DNA from: Cyanidioschyzon merolae
Taxonomy: Eukaryota
NCBI GenBank assembly: GCA_000091205.1
Contig: AP006500.2
DNA: 64,000 bases
Strand: one strand, 5' to 3'
Below are positions 32,060-43,638 of the stretch, piece after piece. A program made the translations under genes and the position numbers. The notes below the pieces were generated by a model. It saw only the letters and a program-made list of their open reading frames with translations, did not search any database and was not told where the DNA came from. Each line of letters opens with the position of its first letter. Position 1 is the stretch's first letter.

Positions 32060-34758
32060 CTAGTTTGCATCGCGCTCAGTGAGCGCACCTCGGAGATCAG
32101 GCAGGCATGAGACACGACGCACATGCCGTTGTTGAAGGGGAACGTGATCCTGATCTCTAGCATGTAGATCTATTGTAAACGTTGTATTTTCGTTCAGGCC
32201 ATAGCAACGTACAGTCTTTCAGTTCGATTGTGCTTCAAACCTCAAACAAGTCTAGTCAAGTGTTTTTTCGCAGTATATAACAGAAGGGTTCAAAGAGCGT
32301 TCTTTCTCAAAAAACAAAAAAAGGAAAGCTATGAAAAAGCAAGTGCACGATCCTGGAGGCCCAGTGTCGCCGGCTGCCAGAAAAAAACAAAAAACAGTGT
32401 CGAGTCCAGAAGAAAAGGAAGAGAAGAAGGACCGAAAGGGGGATGCCCTACGTCGAAGGCGGCAAGAAAGACGACTGTACGACGAGATGGTGGTGAAAGC
32501 CTTCCTTCTTGGACATATCAAGGATCCCTACAGGGAAAAGTTGCGAGACGCTATCGAAATACGTGTCGACTCGTACTCCAAGAGTATTGTCAAGGCGTTG
32601 TCAGGACTGATGCATTTGGCGAGGGAGATGTATCGCGACGTGACGCACATGCAAACGGTCGAGATTCCAGACGATATCTTCGACAAGACGTTTATTCGCC
32701 ACCTGATGCTTGGTACAGGGGAGATGCGGAGGGAAAATGAGCAGTACATGCCGTACACGAAAACTTCGCGCAATTCCGCTTCGAAGGTAATCGATACAGC
32801 GGTGACGGAAATATTGACACATACGGAGTGAAAAAGTACATCACGAATCTGAAGAACCATCTGATCGTGAACCTCGAACGTTTCATGATACGCGCCGTAT
32901 TTGGACTCTACCCGGGCATCTCTCGCTATGGGAAATGGGCGATTATCAACGGCATCACGAACGATCGCAAGCATGAAGATGAGGTCGAATTTGTTGACCA
33001 GAAGGCGTCAAAAGAGAGCACGAATGAAGCTGCTGTGATCCGTGCGGTTGGACAAGAGCATCGTGTGGTGCTCGGGCTGGTGCATCCAGCAGAAAAGGTA
33101 TAAGAGTTGAAAAAAGATAAGGAAAGATACGATTGTCTCCTCCTACGGTATTTCGTGTTTTTGGACCGTGAACTCGATCGCAAAGCGGAGATGAAGCTGA
33201 GTGAAGAGACAAATGGAGAGTGGGAGAGACGGAAGAATTTCCTAATGGGGAAGTGCTTCAACGTCGTTCCGTCATGCAATGCCAAGTCACATTTTGTTAC
33301 TATCGACTCCAGAATCCCTCACGGCATCATGAAGGAGATCAGTCCGGAGTTCAATGTTAACAGGGAGGAATTCTCCGGTGAAAACCGGATGACGTACTGG
33401 AAGAACATCTTCGATTTCAAACGCCTGAGAGTGAGCAAGCAAAAAGTGTTCACTGGGATAATCGAAACCGATGGAGTAGCCTTGTGTGTACACTATCGGC
33501 GGTTGAAGACAGATCAGCCAGTCCCTCCCTCGGCTGCGCCCATGACGAAGGATGAAGAAAACAAAGAGGCGGGTCCTGCAATGCAAGAGGTGGAGGACAA
33601 CGACTTTGTCGTTGGCGCGGCGGAGCATGAAGAAAACAAAGAGGAGAATCCTACGACTCAGTAGGTAGAGAATAACGACCTTGTCGTTGACGTAACGAAG
33701 GATGAAGATGAGAAGGAAGCGGACCCTGTGATGCAGGAGCTGAGGGGGAACGACCTCATCGTTGACGCGGCGAAGCATGAAGAAAACAAGAAGGCGGGCT
33801 CTGAGAAGCAGAAAGTGCAGGATAACGACTTTGCCGTTGGCGCTGACCCCGGAAACACAAATATCATAAGCATCGCAGCACCCACGCGCGCGGAAAATGG
33901 TACTCACGGTAACTTACGTCAGAAAGACATGCGTCTATTGAGGTTCTCGAGAGCGATATACAATCGATAATCGGGAATCATGAATGCGAGGAAGAAAATT
34001 GAGGCATGGAATGCAGGAATGGAGGATCACCTGGAAGCTATGAGCGAGGTGACGAGCTGCGGAGCGGACTTTGAAGCTTTTCGGAAATTCATGGAAGTTC
34101 ATAGTACCCATTGAGATGCGCTGTGGGAGGAGTATACAAAGCCCCGGTGGGCTCGTCTGCGTATGAATCTATACGGTGGGAGGCAGCGCGCATTCGCGAA
34201 TTTTTTCAATCAGTTGAGCTCCCTAAAGGAGGACGAGAGTCAGAGGCTCGTAGTAGCGTACGGAGCAGGGCGCTTGAAGACCCAAAAAAGGGGCTACGCC
34301 AGCTCCAACGACGAGAACGTACAAGGAGTGTGCACGGCGTTTTGTTACGATACCTGTAGATGAGTTTCGAGCATCCTATGCACACCGTGAACTGGGGTGT
34401 ACACTCCAGAGAGCGGAGATGGAAAAGTGCCAGAGGAGCCCTGAGGATATAAAAAAGTACGGACCGCTGACGGAGGAGCAAATGGAAAGGAGGGCAAAAG
34501 TGCGAGGGCAACTCGCGTTGGTGAGTACAACCCCCAAGCGGCAAGAAACGTATGGAGTTTGTGAACCGAGAATTTAACGCTGCCACCAATATCAGACGAT
34601 GTGCAGTGCTGGAGGAAAGACCTTCAAAGAAGACAAGAGTGAACTTTGTTGGACAACCTATCAAAGTCGAACTATATAAGAAAAAGTTGGAAGCAGTAGC
34701 AGGTAGCCTGTCCAAAAAGACCGGCAGGCGTCTACACTCCAGTTGGAGACTTCTTGTC
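32060..34758 (+). mobile_element. Copy B of the Fanzor/TnpB-like element (~2.7 kb), degenerate
   Basis: It is co-linear with copy A from the left-end hairpins (GCGCTCAGTGAGCGC at 32066-32080; GGCATGAGACACGACGCACATGCC at 32107-32130) through the ORF to the 3' terminus CCTGTCCAAAAAGACCGGCAGGCGTCT (~34723-34750). It ends 76 bp upstream of the KTI12 ATG. Confidence 0.6.
32331..34758 (+). pseudogene. Fanzor/TnpB-like nuclease gene, copy B (~809 codons) with a frameshift and 3 or more in-frame stops
   Basis: ATG at 32331. There is a basic NLS-like N-terminus (ARKKQKTVSSPEEKEEKKDRKGDALRRRRQERR). Lesions are a frameshift near 32828, stops at 33104 (TAA; TCA in copy A), 33662 (TAG) and 33968, and later shifts. 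The RuvC-I-like motif [16 protein letters not shown] is at ~33830-33880 and the RuvC-III-like motif EFVNREFNAATNIRR at 34555-34600. Confidence 0.55.
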
Positions 34759-34833
34759 TAGGCCGCGTTCGCCACTACTGTACACCGCTGGCGACAACGT
34801 TTTTCTTTTGAAAGGCGTTTGTTGTTGACGGTG

Positions 34834-36021
34834 ATGCCGGTTGTCGTGCTCTGCGGCTTGCCTCGAGCAGGCAAGTCAGCGCTGGCAAAGCGAATCGCTG
34901 AAGCAGCACCACCACACCTTAAACCAGTGACGATACTCTCAGATCGCGGCATAGAGGACTACGCTGAGCCGCAGCGCGAGAAGACTGCGCGCAGTCGTCT
35001 GCGTGCAGCCTTGGAGCGTGCACCTTACCGCGAACGTCTGGTGATCGTAGATGCTTGCAATCTCGTCTCTGGTTTTCGCTATGAGCTATGGTGCGTGACC
35101 CGCGTGCCCGCTGGAAAGCGTCAAGAGTCAATACCTCACGTGACAGTACTTATTAGAAGTAAGGCAGACGTTTCTGAAGTCTCCTGTGCTCATAGTCCGC
35201 CGGGATACCAGCGCTCCACTGCCGACCGGCCTTCGGCTGCAGCAGTGGGCCCAACGCGTCTTGTTGTCGAACCCGAACTGACGTCGCCGGAGAGGATCGG
35301 GCACGAGCCGCAAGCGAAAAGCGCCCGGTCGGCGAACGCAGATGCTTTGCGCTCTGTTCTGAACGGGCGATGTGAAGTGGCAGGTCCCAGACAACAGCCT
35401 CAAGCGGACAGCGACGTGGCAGCGAACATTGCCCGGGTACGAGAGCGCTTCGAATGGCCAGACCCGCAAGGCCAACGATGGGATCGACCGCTGTTCACCA
35501 TGTCATTGAAGGAGAGGGTTTGCTCGTACGAAACTCCGGATGGGTGCACGTTCTTCGAAGAAACGCAATGGGTCGCTTCCATCTATGATTGGATTTCAGG
35601 AGGCACTGCTCGGAAGGATTTCAAAACGACGTCACGAATGACGATCGCGACGCGTCAGACTCGCGTTCAATCCGCGGATAGCTACTTCGAAAGCGAGATC
35701 CGCAAAATCGAGGACGCTATTATCCAAGTGCTCTGCGCCGGAGATGAGGGCGAGCATCAACACCCCGGAACGGTGTATACGTACGACAAGTGTCCGCTTC
35801 GCCTTCCTGAATCGTACTTGCGACGGATTTTCCTGCTCGCGAATCAATCCAGTCGCCTGTATACGGTATCGCAAGATTTGCGTGCACATCGTCATCTCTT
35901 TGTACGTCGATATCAGAAACGACGGGTAGAGCAAGATTCGAGTGCTTCGGTGCAAGAGTTCATTCGGTCTCTGGAAGGATACCTTGAGCTGCGCGACCAA
36001 CAACGTCGTAGCGAACACTGA
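34834..36021 (+). CDS. KTI12: KTI12/PSTK-family P-loop protein (Elongator-associated), 395 aa
   Basis: The track start at 34819 is TTG; the ATG is at 34834 (MPVVVLCGLPRAGKSALAKR = Walker A). The box RLVIVDACNLVSGFRYELWCV matches the KTI12 signature LNYIKGFRYELYC. Confidence 0.65.
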   Translation: MPVVVLCGLPRAGKSALAKRIAEAAPPHLKPVTILSDRGIEDYAEPQREKTARSRLRAALERAPYRERLVIVDACNLVSGFRYELWCVTRVPAGKRQESIPHVTVLIRSKADVSEVSCAHSPPGYQRSTADRPSAAAVGPTRLVVEPELTSPERIGHEPQAKSARSANADALRSVLNGRCEVAGPRQQPQADSDVAANIARVRERFEWPDPQGQRWDRPLFTMSLKERVCSYETPDGCTFFEETQWVASIYDWISGGTARKDFKTTSRMTIATRQTRVQSADSYFESEIRKIEDAIIQVLCAGDEGEHQHPGTVYTYDKCPLRLPESYLRRIFLLANQSSRLYTVSQDLRAHRHLFVRRYQKRRVEQDSSASVQEFIRSLEGYLELRDQQRRSEH

Positions 36022-38040
36022 AAACGACGCTGTCTACTACTGCTTAAGATGACAGCTACAGTTGTTAGCCAGCGGCGGCCGCAGGCTAAGAACGCGTCCT
36101 GGATGACAAAGGCATGAATAGCGCCAGAATCCATTGCCCAGGTCTAGGACGGAGGCAGTAGCGAGTCGCTCTGTTCGGGAGCACGCGCCTGCTCAGCGTC
36201 AGATCGCTGACGACAAGCGATGGACGCATACTATGACGACTCTGAACCTGCGCTCTCGTCGATGAGCCGGTGTGCTGCGGAGCGTCATTCGAGCAAGGAA
36301 CGGCGTCAGACAGGCGAGCATCATCAGTGCCTGAGGCGCGGCCATCGCTCGCAAACGAGTGCACTGTCGACAGCACTTGACGTTCCCGCACTAGGCATGC
36401 GAGTGCATACTATCGATCGAAAGCGGACACGTGCCCCAAGCATTAGACAGTGGACCCATTTTCGGCAAATGAACAGGGCAGTAATCTGTGTCAGTAATCA
36501 TAAGCAGATGGTATGGGAGGAGATATGGATGTAGGCGAAGTGGCGTCGCTTGGTACGCTCAGGGAAGCTTTCTTGCTAAGCGCATAGCACCTTGTTGCTG
36601 CGAAACGACACGTCTGCACAAAAGTCCCTGTATGTCGATTTTCTGCTGTTCGCAAGTCATGCGCTGTGGAAGCGCTGCCGACTCCTATGCATAGTGCTGA
36701 CACAGCTCTGCTGCACTACTCGCCGAGCGAGTGACGTGCCTGGGTTTACCTTGTGAAATCGTAGGTTCCGTTTCCTCGAACAAAAGCCTAGCACTCGATA
36801 CCGCTGTGCTTGCATGCGACTACGGCAAATCGTCTGTCTCAGGTACCGACACCCGTCGCGCAAGCGGAGACCCTCTTGGTCGACTAAATGATCCTGCAGC
36901 CCCCAAAACGACAACAACAGAACATGCGTTGCAGCGCAGACAAGACCGAGTCTAGGCGGATTCGCATTTGCTCTGTGCTACAAGCAGAAGACCCCTCCGA
37001 ATTCGAAATTTCGCTGCAGTTGCATTTCGGACGAGTCGGTTGAGCGGGTCTAATCAAAGCACCGAAAATAACTCGTGCGACATGGCCATGAGCGCAGCCT
37101 CAAGCTGGAGCGGTAGCCGTTCCTGGAACACCCATGTGGGCGACAACGATCAGCTTCCCTGGAGTCGGGTATACGCGCTTTCCCGACGGGAGAAGATTCG
37201 TATCTTGCCTCATCTATACTGTCTTGACATGCCGCCACACGGGCCTACTTCTTACCGGACCAATCGAGCGAATATGTGCAACCAAACGAATGCCATCGCA
37301 CAGCGAGACCACCAAGCAATCCATCACTTGAGAGGATCAGCTTGTCATGTTCTGGACGGCAGCCCGCAGCCATAACTTGCGTACTGCGACGACGGAAGCG
37401 ACGTGCTTGGTGGCACACGCTGCGTCCTATGGTGCCGCTCTCGGTTCCAAACAGACGCCGAGATATACCATCACGAAGCCCTGTTGCAGGACGTTCACAG
37501 GATGAGGCGGGTACAGCCTGCGCTTCCCACTCAGTCCAAGTCGGGGAACGATCCAGCGCATCTACAAGCCCAGCGAGACGACGTGTCGCAGCCGTCCGAG
37601 CCACTTTTTCTATATCCTCGGCAGGCTCATGCCTGGTGTTGGTACCGCTAAGCGAACCAACAGCTGACGTACTCGAGGAGCGTGTGCGCACACCAGGTCC
37701 AGTGCGGCTCGCTGCATCCGCAGATGACGATCCGAGCGCTTGCGTTCCAGAAAGTGTTCGTGGACGCGACGCTGACGCCGTCACCAACCGGACATCGTCG
37801 AGGACTTTTCGAATCTCTGACAAGTCCGTAGCATCGGACAGCGCGCTGCGGCGTGTGCGTCTCTATGGCGTTTCCGGCGGTGATATCACCGGCGTCGCCA
37901 GCCCTGCAGCCGGTGACGACTCCACATCCGAACTCGGGCACGCTGCCGCTGGTGCACTAGAGTTCCGACACCCGCCTGCGTGCGGCTGGGATAACGGGCA
38001 TATTCGACTTGTTAGTCCGCTCACGCGTTTTCAGTGCTGC

Positions 38041-38417
38041 TGCTGATCACTACTGATCTCTAATGACTGCTGTTGATTGCTACTGATCATTACTGATCAT
38101 TACTGATTGCTACTGATTGCTACTGATTGCTACTGATCGCTACTGATCGCTGCTGATTGCTGCTGATTGCTACTGATCATTACTGATTGCTACTGATCGC
38201 TACTGATTGCTACTGATCTCTACTGATTGCTACTGATTGCTACTGATCGCTACTGATTGCTACTGATCGCTACTGATCGCTGCTGATCTCTACTGATTGC
38301 TACTGGTCTCTACTGATTGCTACTGATCGCTACTGATTGCTACTGATTGCTACTGATTGCTACTGATCATTACTGATTGCTACTGATCATTACTGATCTC
38401 TACTGATCGCTGCTGAT
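38041..38417. repeat. 10-bp satellite (CTACTGAT[T/C][G/A]), ~37 copies
   Basis: Near-perfect head-to-tail 10-mers with variants TACTGATTGC, TACTGATCGC, TACTGATCAT and TGCTGATTGC. It lies ~190 bp upstream of the glycosyltransferase gene. Confidence 0.9.
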
Positions 38418-38420
38418 GCG

Positions 38421-38421
<1 letters not shown>

Positions 38422-38451
<30 letters not shown>
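38422..38451. repeat. (GGC)10 trinucleotide repeat
   Basis: Pure GGC x10 abutting the 10-bp satellite. Confidence 0.9.
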
Positions 38452-38452
<1 letters not shown>

Positions 38453-38608
38453 ACCGAACGGCCTCGACGCCGTATTGGCTTCTGCGTAGAGGCAGCATTC
38501 TGTAAACGCCTTTGGGCAGTGTACGGTTTGGTTGCGCGGGTTCAATAACAGCACCAAAAGAGTTAGTTGACTTTTATAGGGGCTCTTAATTAGACGCCGA
38601 TAGAAGCT

Positions 38609-40492
38609 ATGAGCAACCCGAACAGGAGCTCGACGCTGGGAGGCGCGAGACAGGGAGGCGGCTTAGACTCGAGTCGCCGCCGGGGAAACAACGCAGTTCG
38701 TGGCGGGTCTCAGAACGTTGCTTCTGCTGTTGGTGCACAGCGCAGCGGAAGCACCACTGAGTCCGCTCGAGTTGTTGCTGATTCTTCGGAAGCGAGCTCG
38801 GAACCGGCACCGTTCGTGGGCGCACACCAACCAACAGAAGCGCCCAAGCGAGACTCGGAGGCGGGTACTGCTGACGAGGCACGTCGGGCAGCTTCCGCGA
38901 ATGCTGCGACGATGGCTTCACCCGACGATTTGGCAAGAGATATGGAAATGGCGCGCATCAACACGATATCACTGAAACGTGTGGAGTCTGAACCGGAGGT
39001 GGCGCCGCTAAAGCTCATGGACCAGCTCATTTTCAGCACCGAGGACGGTTACCGGCAGGCGGAACTGGAGCTTCTCGCGAGCGGCCGCTCGACCGGCGAA
39101 GCAGCTGAAAGTCCAATAACGCTACCTGACGTGCAGGCGGGTTCTTTTGGGGAGCGCCCCATGGACAAGGCTCGGGACGCCGTCTCCGAAACACCGACGG
39201 AGGCGCAGAGCTACCTGCGCGAAGAGGCTGCTGTTAGCCCGCGCACATCCAGTTCCGAACGAGAACGGGAGGAAAGCAACTGTGGACCGAAATGTCCCAA
39301 ACGCTACAGAATTGCACTGTTTGCATGGGAGTCGCTCTACTCGGTTGCGGTAGGCGGTGTTGCGCCGCACGTCACCGAACTCGCAGCAGGCCTAGAGCGT
39401 CGCGGCCACGAAGTTCACGTTTTCGTGAGGTCGGGTGCTGGCCAGGCCCCCTATGAGCGAATTGACGGTGTATACGTGCATCGTTGCAGCTTCGACTTGT
39501 CCCCGGACTTTGTGAAAGAGTGTGAGAATATGTGCAACTCATTTATGCACGCGATGTACGAAGTGGAGTGTTTCATGAATGCTCATTTCGATGTTATTCA
39601 CTGCCATGACTGGCTCACGGGGTTCGCTCTGACCAACGCGAAGCACATCCTTGGACGGCCTGTCTGCATATTCACCATCCATTCTACGGAGTATGGGCGT
39701 AGCGGCAATAATCACTACGGTGGCCAGTCGGCTCGTATTCGCGATATTGAGCAGGCCGCAATATCTGCCGCCGATCGTATTATCTGCGTCAGCGGTGTGC
39801 TTTGCGATGAGGTCAAAGCGGTATACTCTTTTGACTGGAACAAACTGCGCTGTGTCCACAATGGTATTAATGCGCTGCGTTACGACGGGAATTTGTGGGA
39901 TCCCGGAGAAGTCCGCGCGCGCTACGCGGTGGGCCCCCTGGATCCAATGGTGCTCTTCGTTGGGCGTATGGCAGTCCAGAAAGGACCAGACCTGCTGGTT
40001 GAAGCCGCTCCCTTCATCTTGAAGGCCCGTAGCGACACCAAATTCGTGATGGTCGGCGACGGCTACATGAAACCATCACTCGAGGCTCGCTGTCATCAAC
40101 TTGGTGTGGCACACGCTTTCCGCTGGACCGGCACCATGGGCGGAGCACCGCTGGTTGAGGTCTTCAAAGCTTGCGACGTGGTCTGCGTGCCGAGTCGAAA
40201 TGAGCCGTTCGGGATCGTTGTTCTCGAGGCTTGGGCGAGTGGAAAACCTGTCGTCGTCACAAAGAACGGCGGACCACGGGAGTTTGTCACTCATGAAGTG
40301 GAAGGATACCAGATTGACACCAGTCCGGACTCCATAGCTTGGGGAATATGCAAGTGTTTCGAAAACTTCGATCATTCGAGGTTCATGGGCGAGCAGGGTC
40401 GCAAGAAAGCACAAAGGGAGTTTAGCTGGGATCGCATTGCGGAACTCACGAATAACGTCTACGATGAGTTGTTGCTCACACGCCCGTATTAA
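38609..40492 (+). CDS. GT-B glycosyltransferase, glycogen/starch-synthase-like (archaeal-type GT5 / GT4 clan), 627 aa with ~230-aa disordered S/A-rich N-terminus
   Basis: ATG at 38609. The catalytic core from ~aa 235 is RIALFAWESLYSVAVGGVAPHVTELAAGLERRGHEVHVFV (a K/xGGL-type N-terminal motif, as in short archaeal glycogen synthases) and ...SRNEPFGIVVLEAWASGKPVVVTKNGG (an E-x7-E motif). I could not assign the sugar-donor specificity. Confidence 0.6.
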   Translation: MSNPNRSSTLGGARQGGGLDSSRRRGNNAVRGGSQNVASAVGAQRSGSTTESARVVADSSEASSEPAPFVGAHQPTEAPKRDSEAGTADEARRAASANAATMASPDDLARDMEMARINTISLKRVESEPEVAPLKLMDQLIFSTEDGYRQAELELLASGRSTGEAAESPITLPDVQAGSFGERPMDKARDAVSETPTEAQSYLREEAAVSPRTSSSEREREESNCGPKCPKRYRIALFAWESLYSVAVGGVAPHVTELAAGLERRGHEVHVFVRSGAGQAPYERIDGVYVHRCSFDLSPDFVKECENMCNSFMHAMYEVECFMNAHFDVIHCHDWLTGFALTNAKHILGRPVCIFTIHSTEYGRSGNNHYGGQSARIRDIEQAAISAADRIICVSGVLCDEVKAVYSFDWNKLRCVHNGINALRYDGNLWDPGEVRARYAVGPLDPMVLFVGRMAVQKGPDLLVEAAPFILKARSDTKFVMVGDGYMKPSLEARCHQLGVAHAFRWTGTMGGAPLVEVFKACDVVCVPSRNEPFGIVVLEAWASGKPVVVTKNGGPREFVTHEVEGYQIDTSPDSIAWGICKCFENFDHSRFMGEQGRKKAQREFSWDRIAELTNNVYDELLLTRPY

Positions 40493-43400
40493 CAACACAG
40501 CATCAATGCCCTGGTGCACGAGTCGCGAAACTAGACTCGGACGTGAAGTTGACGTGTCGGAACACTCGTGTCGACCAGACGTTGTTCTCGAATCGTCATG
40601 CGCTTCGGTTTCATCGGTAGCGGGCGCACTGCTTCCAGGGCGCTTTGCCTACAAGCACATATTCATCGCGCTTCGCTGACGACAGGCAAACGCATGGCAC
40701 GAAAGCGGTTCCAAGAGATCCGGTCTGAGGGTGACGGTTCCGGCCTAGTGTGTCACCATCTTTTGCATGACCATGCCGATTCATCATGACCGCTGCTTTG
40801 CCCGAGTGTGCAGCGTTCAAGGGACTGCTCAAGTGCTAGAGCAGGTAAAGACCCGCTGTGGGGTATCGCTACAGTAAAGAGGTTCGTTCCTTCGCGGATG
40901 CGTTCGTGCAGCTGGCAGGGATGAAGCGCGGTTGACGCTTTCGTTTTGTATCACGTTCGCAGATAGAGGAATCGTCCACGATTCCGTGTTACAAGCCTGT
41001 GCTGGTATTTTCCGTGAATTCTGGAAAGCGGGCGTCCCAGGAACCGTAAGATGAAAGTCCAGGCCAACTCAAGAGAACCGATGAGCGTCTCGTGCAACGG
41101 GAAGCACCAAGCATTTTCAAGCGCCCGAGCACCGCTTATCTCCCGGAGTCGTCGAGCGCTTCGACACTGGCTTTCGGTGACGTCTCTGACAATCGTCCGC
41201 GGGAAGCGACACTGGCCTGGCACCGCGTCTGGTGTCGACGATATTCACGAACTGCTTCCGCTCCCGAGAAGCGTGCACTTGAGCCTCCCCGTGGGATCCG
41301 CAGCGTGCTTCGGCGGTTCCTCGAAAGGTCCGTAGCGCTCGAGCTCGAGCCCCAAGCTTCGAAAAGCGCCTGACATTCCTCGTATGCACTCCAGAGGTAG
41401 CCTGTGATCCAGTTCGGCGTTGCTTGGCGTTCAGCTGCTGTCGTCGATGATGGTTGCACGGTCGCAAAGCCGCGGCATGGTAGGCGCACCTGGGGTCTCT
41501 CTCAGAGCGACGCTCGTCTCGCCAAGTAGGCATGCAACAACACCAGTTGTCATCGTCGTGGTCTGTGGTGTAGCTGTGCAAACCTGCTGAGCTCAGTGAC
41601 GCTAACTTGCCGGTGCCCGTCCATAGAAGTGGTGCATCGTCTGCCCTAGACAGTATACAGAGAGCAGTAGTGCGTGGCGGAGCACCAGCACCAGCACCAG
41701 CACCAGCACGCCTTTTTTGCTGTTGTTTCTTGTATCTTGCCGGCATTCAACATGAGCATTGTAAGCTTTAGACTGGAGAGCGATCGCAGAGAGATTTCAT
41801 GCTGTCATTGCTAGCTTGTGGACAACGACCCTATCAAGTCAGTCATTTTATGGTCGCAGGTCGATAAACCGCCCATCTCATCGTACTTATCCTGATTGTC
41901 ATGCGTTCAAACCCGACGTTATCAGAATCTTTTCGTACCACTAGCTCCTCGCGAATCCATTCCAGTGCAAAAGTTCTCTGAGAGAAACTGCGAGAGACGG
42001 GAAAAAATGTCGAGTTTCTGTACCATGGATACGAACGGTGTCGAAGAGCCACTGATGGACACAGGGGAACGTGCGCTTCCGCGGGAGACCGTCGCCCACG
42101 GAAACACATGCGGTTGATGTCGTATGGTAACGCAAACGCTTGTTCCAGGAGCGACGAGTGTCCTTCTCAAACGGTGAGAAATCACCCGAGAGAAGTGGTT
42201 GACCTGAGCATCCATACTCAACGTGCGTAAACCCGGTGTTCTTAAACAAGAGACAAGTGATTATTCCAACAAGATCAGCCCGGCGGCGATACTATCGTGA
42301 CCTCGCCTACCAGTCGCCAAAAAGACAGCACCGTCGACCAGCTCAGCCTTCGTCGGGGGCACGCATCGTGGCCTCTCCTTTCGACATTCTTCTGTGCTGG
42401 TCTTAGGAAACGTCGCTTTCCATCCCTCGAACGCGGTCGAAGAGTAGGCGGCTGACATTGGCGTGGAGCCGCTCTTCGTGTCAGCGCCTATGCTCAGTGG
42501 TTCGATCCTGTCCAAGGCGCCTTCTCTGTTGTCGTATGCCATTTTGATGCTCACCGGTCAGTAGACGAATCGTTCGTATCCTTGACACAGCTCGTGGCAA
42601 AATCATTTTCGTACAAGTCGTTCTCTGTCTTCACCAGCTCTGAACTGCTGTGTTGGTGCGCAGCACGCGTGCTAACGAGAGCCGCAAAGCGCGTTTCGGC
42701 CCATGGGCATGCTTGCGACGAGAAAGATAACACAAGTTACTTGACGAATCGTAGATACGTACATAGAAAAGGCGAGTTGCGGATCCACCGATCTTCCACA
42801 GCGTCTGCGTTTCAAAAACAAAAGAGAACGGATGTGGGGTATAGCGGCCACATCCATGGCACCCTGCGGAGTATCTGAAAAGCCGAAGGACAGGAAGACC
42901 AAGGAGCCACCAGACGAATACACGGAATATCCTCACGAGAAGCAGATAAGGAGGAATCAGGGATAGCGCTCGGAGCGGATCCATCAGTCCGAAAGCATTG
43001 TCAGGGACGCTTTCATGAAACACACGAACGGGGAGAATCCTCCCGAACACGAGGTATAGGACGCTATCAAGGGTCTCGTAGCTTCTCATACGAGCAAGGT
43101 TCACACCTAGCTTTCTGCGTTGCAGTGCACATTGGCAAGCAACTGGTCGTTGACATTCCGGACGCTGAAGTGCCGGTTGTTCATATTCACCTGGAATATT
43201 TCGATCAAAGTTTCGCCCGGCAACACAACGCATGCTGTGCATCGAGAAAGCAGGACGGCCTGATCGAAGGATTACATTCATGCTTGCACATATGCTTTCG
43301 CTTCAGCTGGAGCCACATTTCTTGAGACGGTTCAGCGCCATACTCATCCAAAGGTCTGCGGCTGCAGCTTCACTTGACGACCCGCAGGAGACTTCGCATC

Positions 43401-43638
43401 CAACAAGTGCTGCGTACTCGCGGAAAGCGTTCTCCAGATGCTCGCCCAAAACCCCCGATCGGTCATCGTTCTCATGAAAAGCCCCATTTCACGGTGTCGC
43501 CGACGCACACCAACCCTCTATCTATGCACGAGTCGTTCCAGTTGATGTTCTTCTTATCTGATGCTCGATGGACGCATCGCCCAGGGTGCTCGCTTGCACA
43601 GCTGACGAATGCACGCCGATGCACACCGACTATGAGTC

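Noticed and set aside
38041-38417. Regularly spaced short repeats considered as a CRISPR-like array
   Set aside because: The period is 10 bp with no spacers. The context is eukaryotic (introns, ESCRT/SURF4/NOX genes). It is a simple satellite.
42631-43281. 216-aa minus-strand ORF with one strongly hydrophobic segment (LIPPYLLLVRIFRVFVWWLLGLPVL)
   Set aside because: It lies in a 3-kb stretch (40.5-43.6 kb) with no convincing gene. It could be a membrane-protein exon, but I could not support a family assignment or a gene model.
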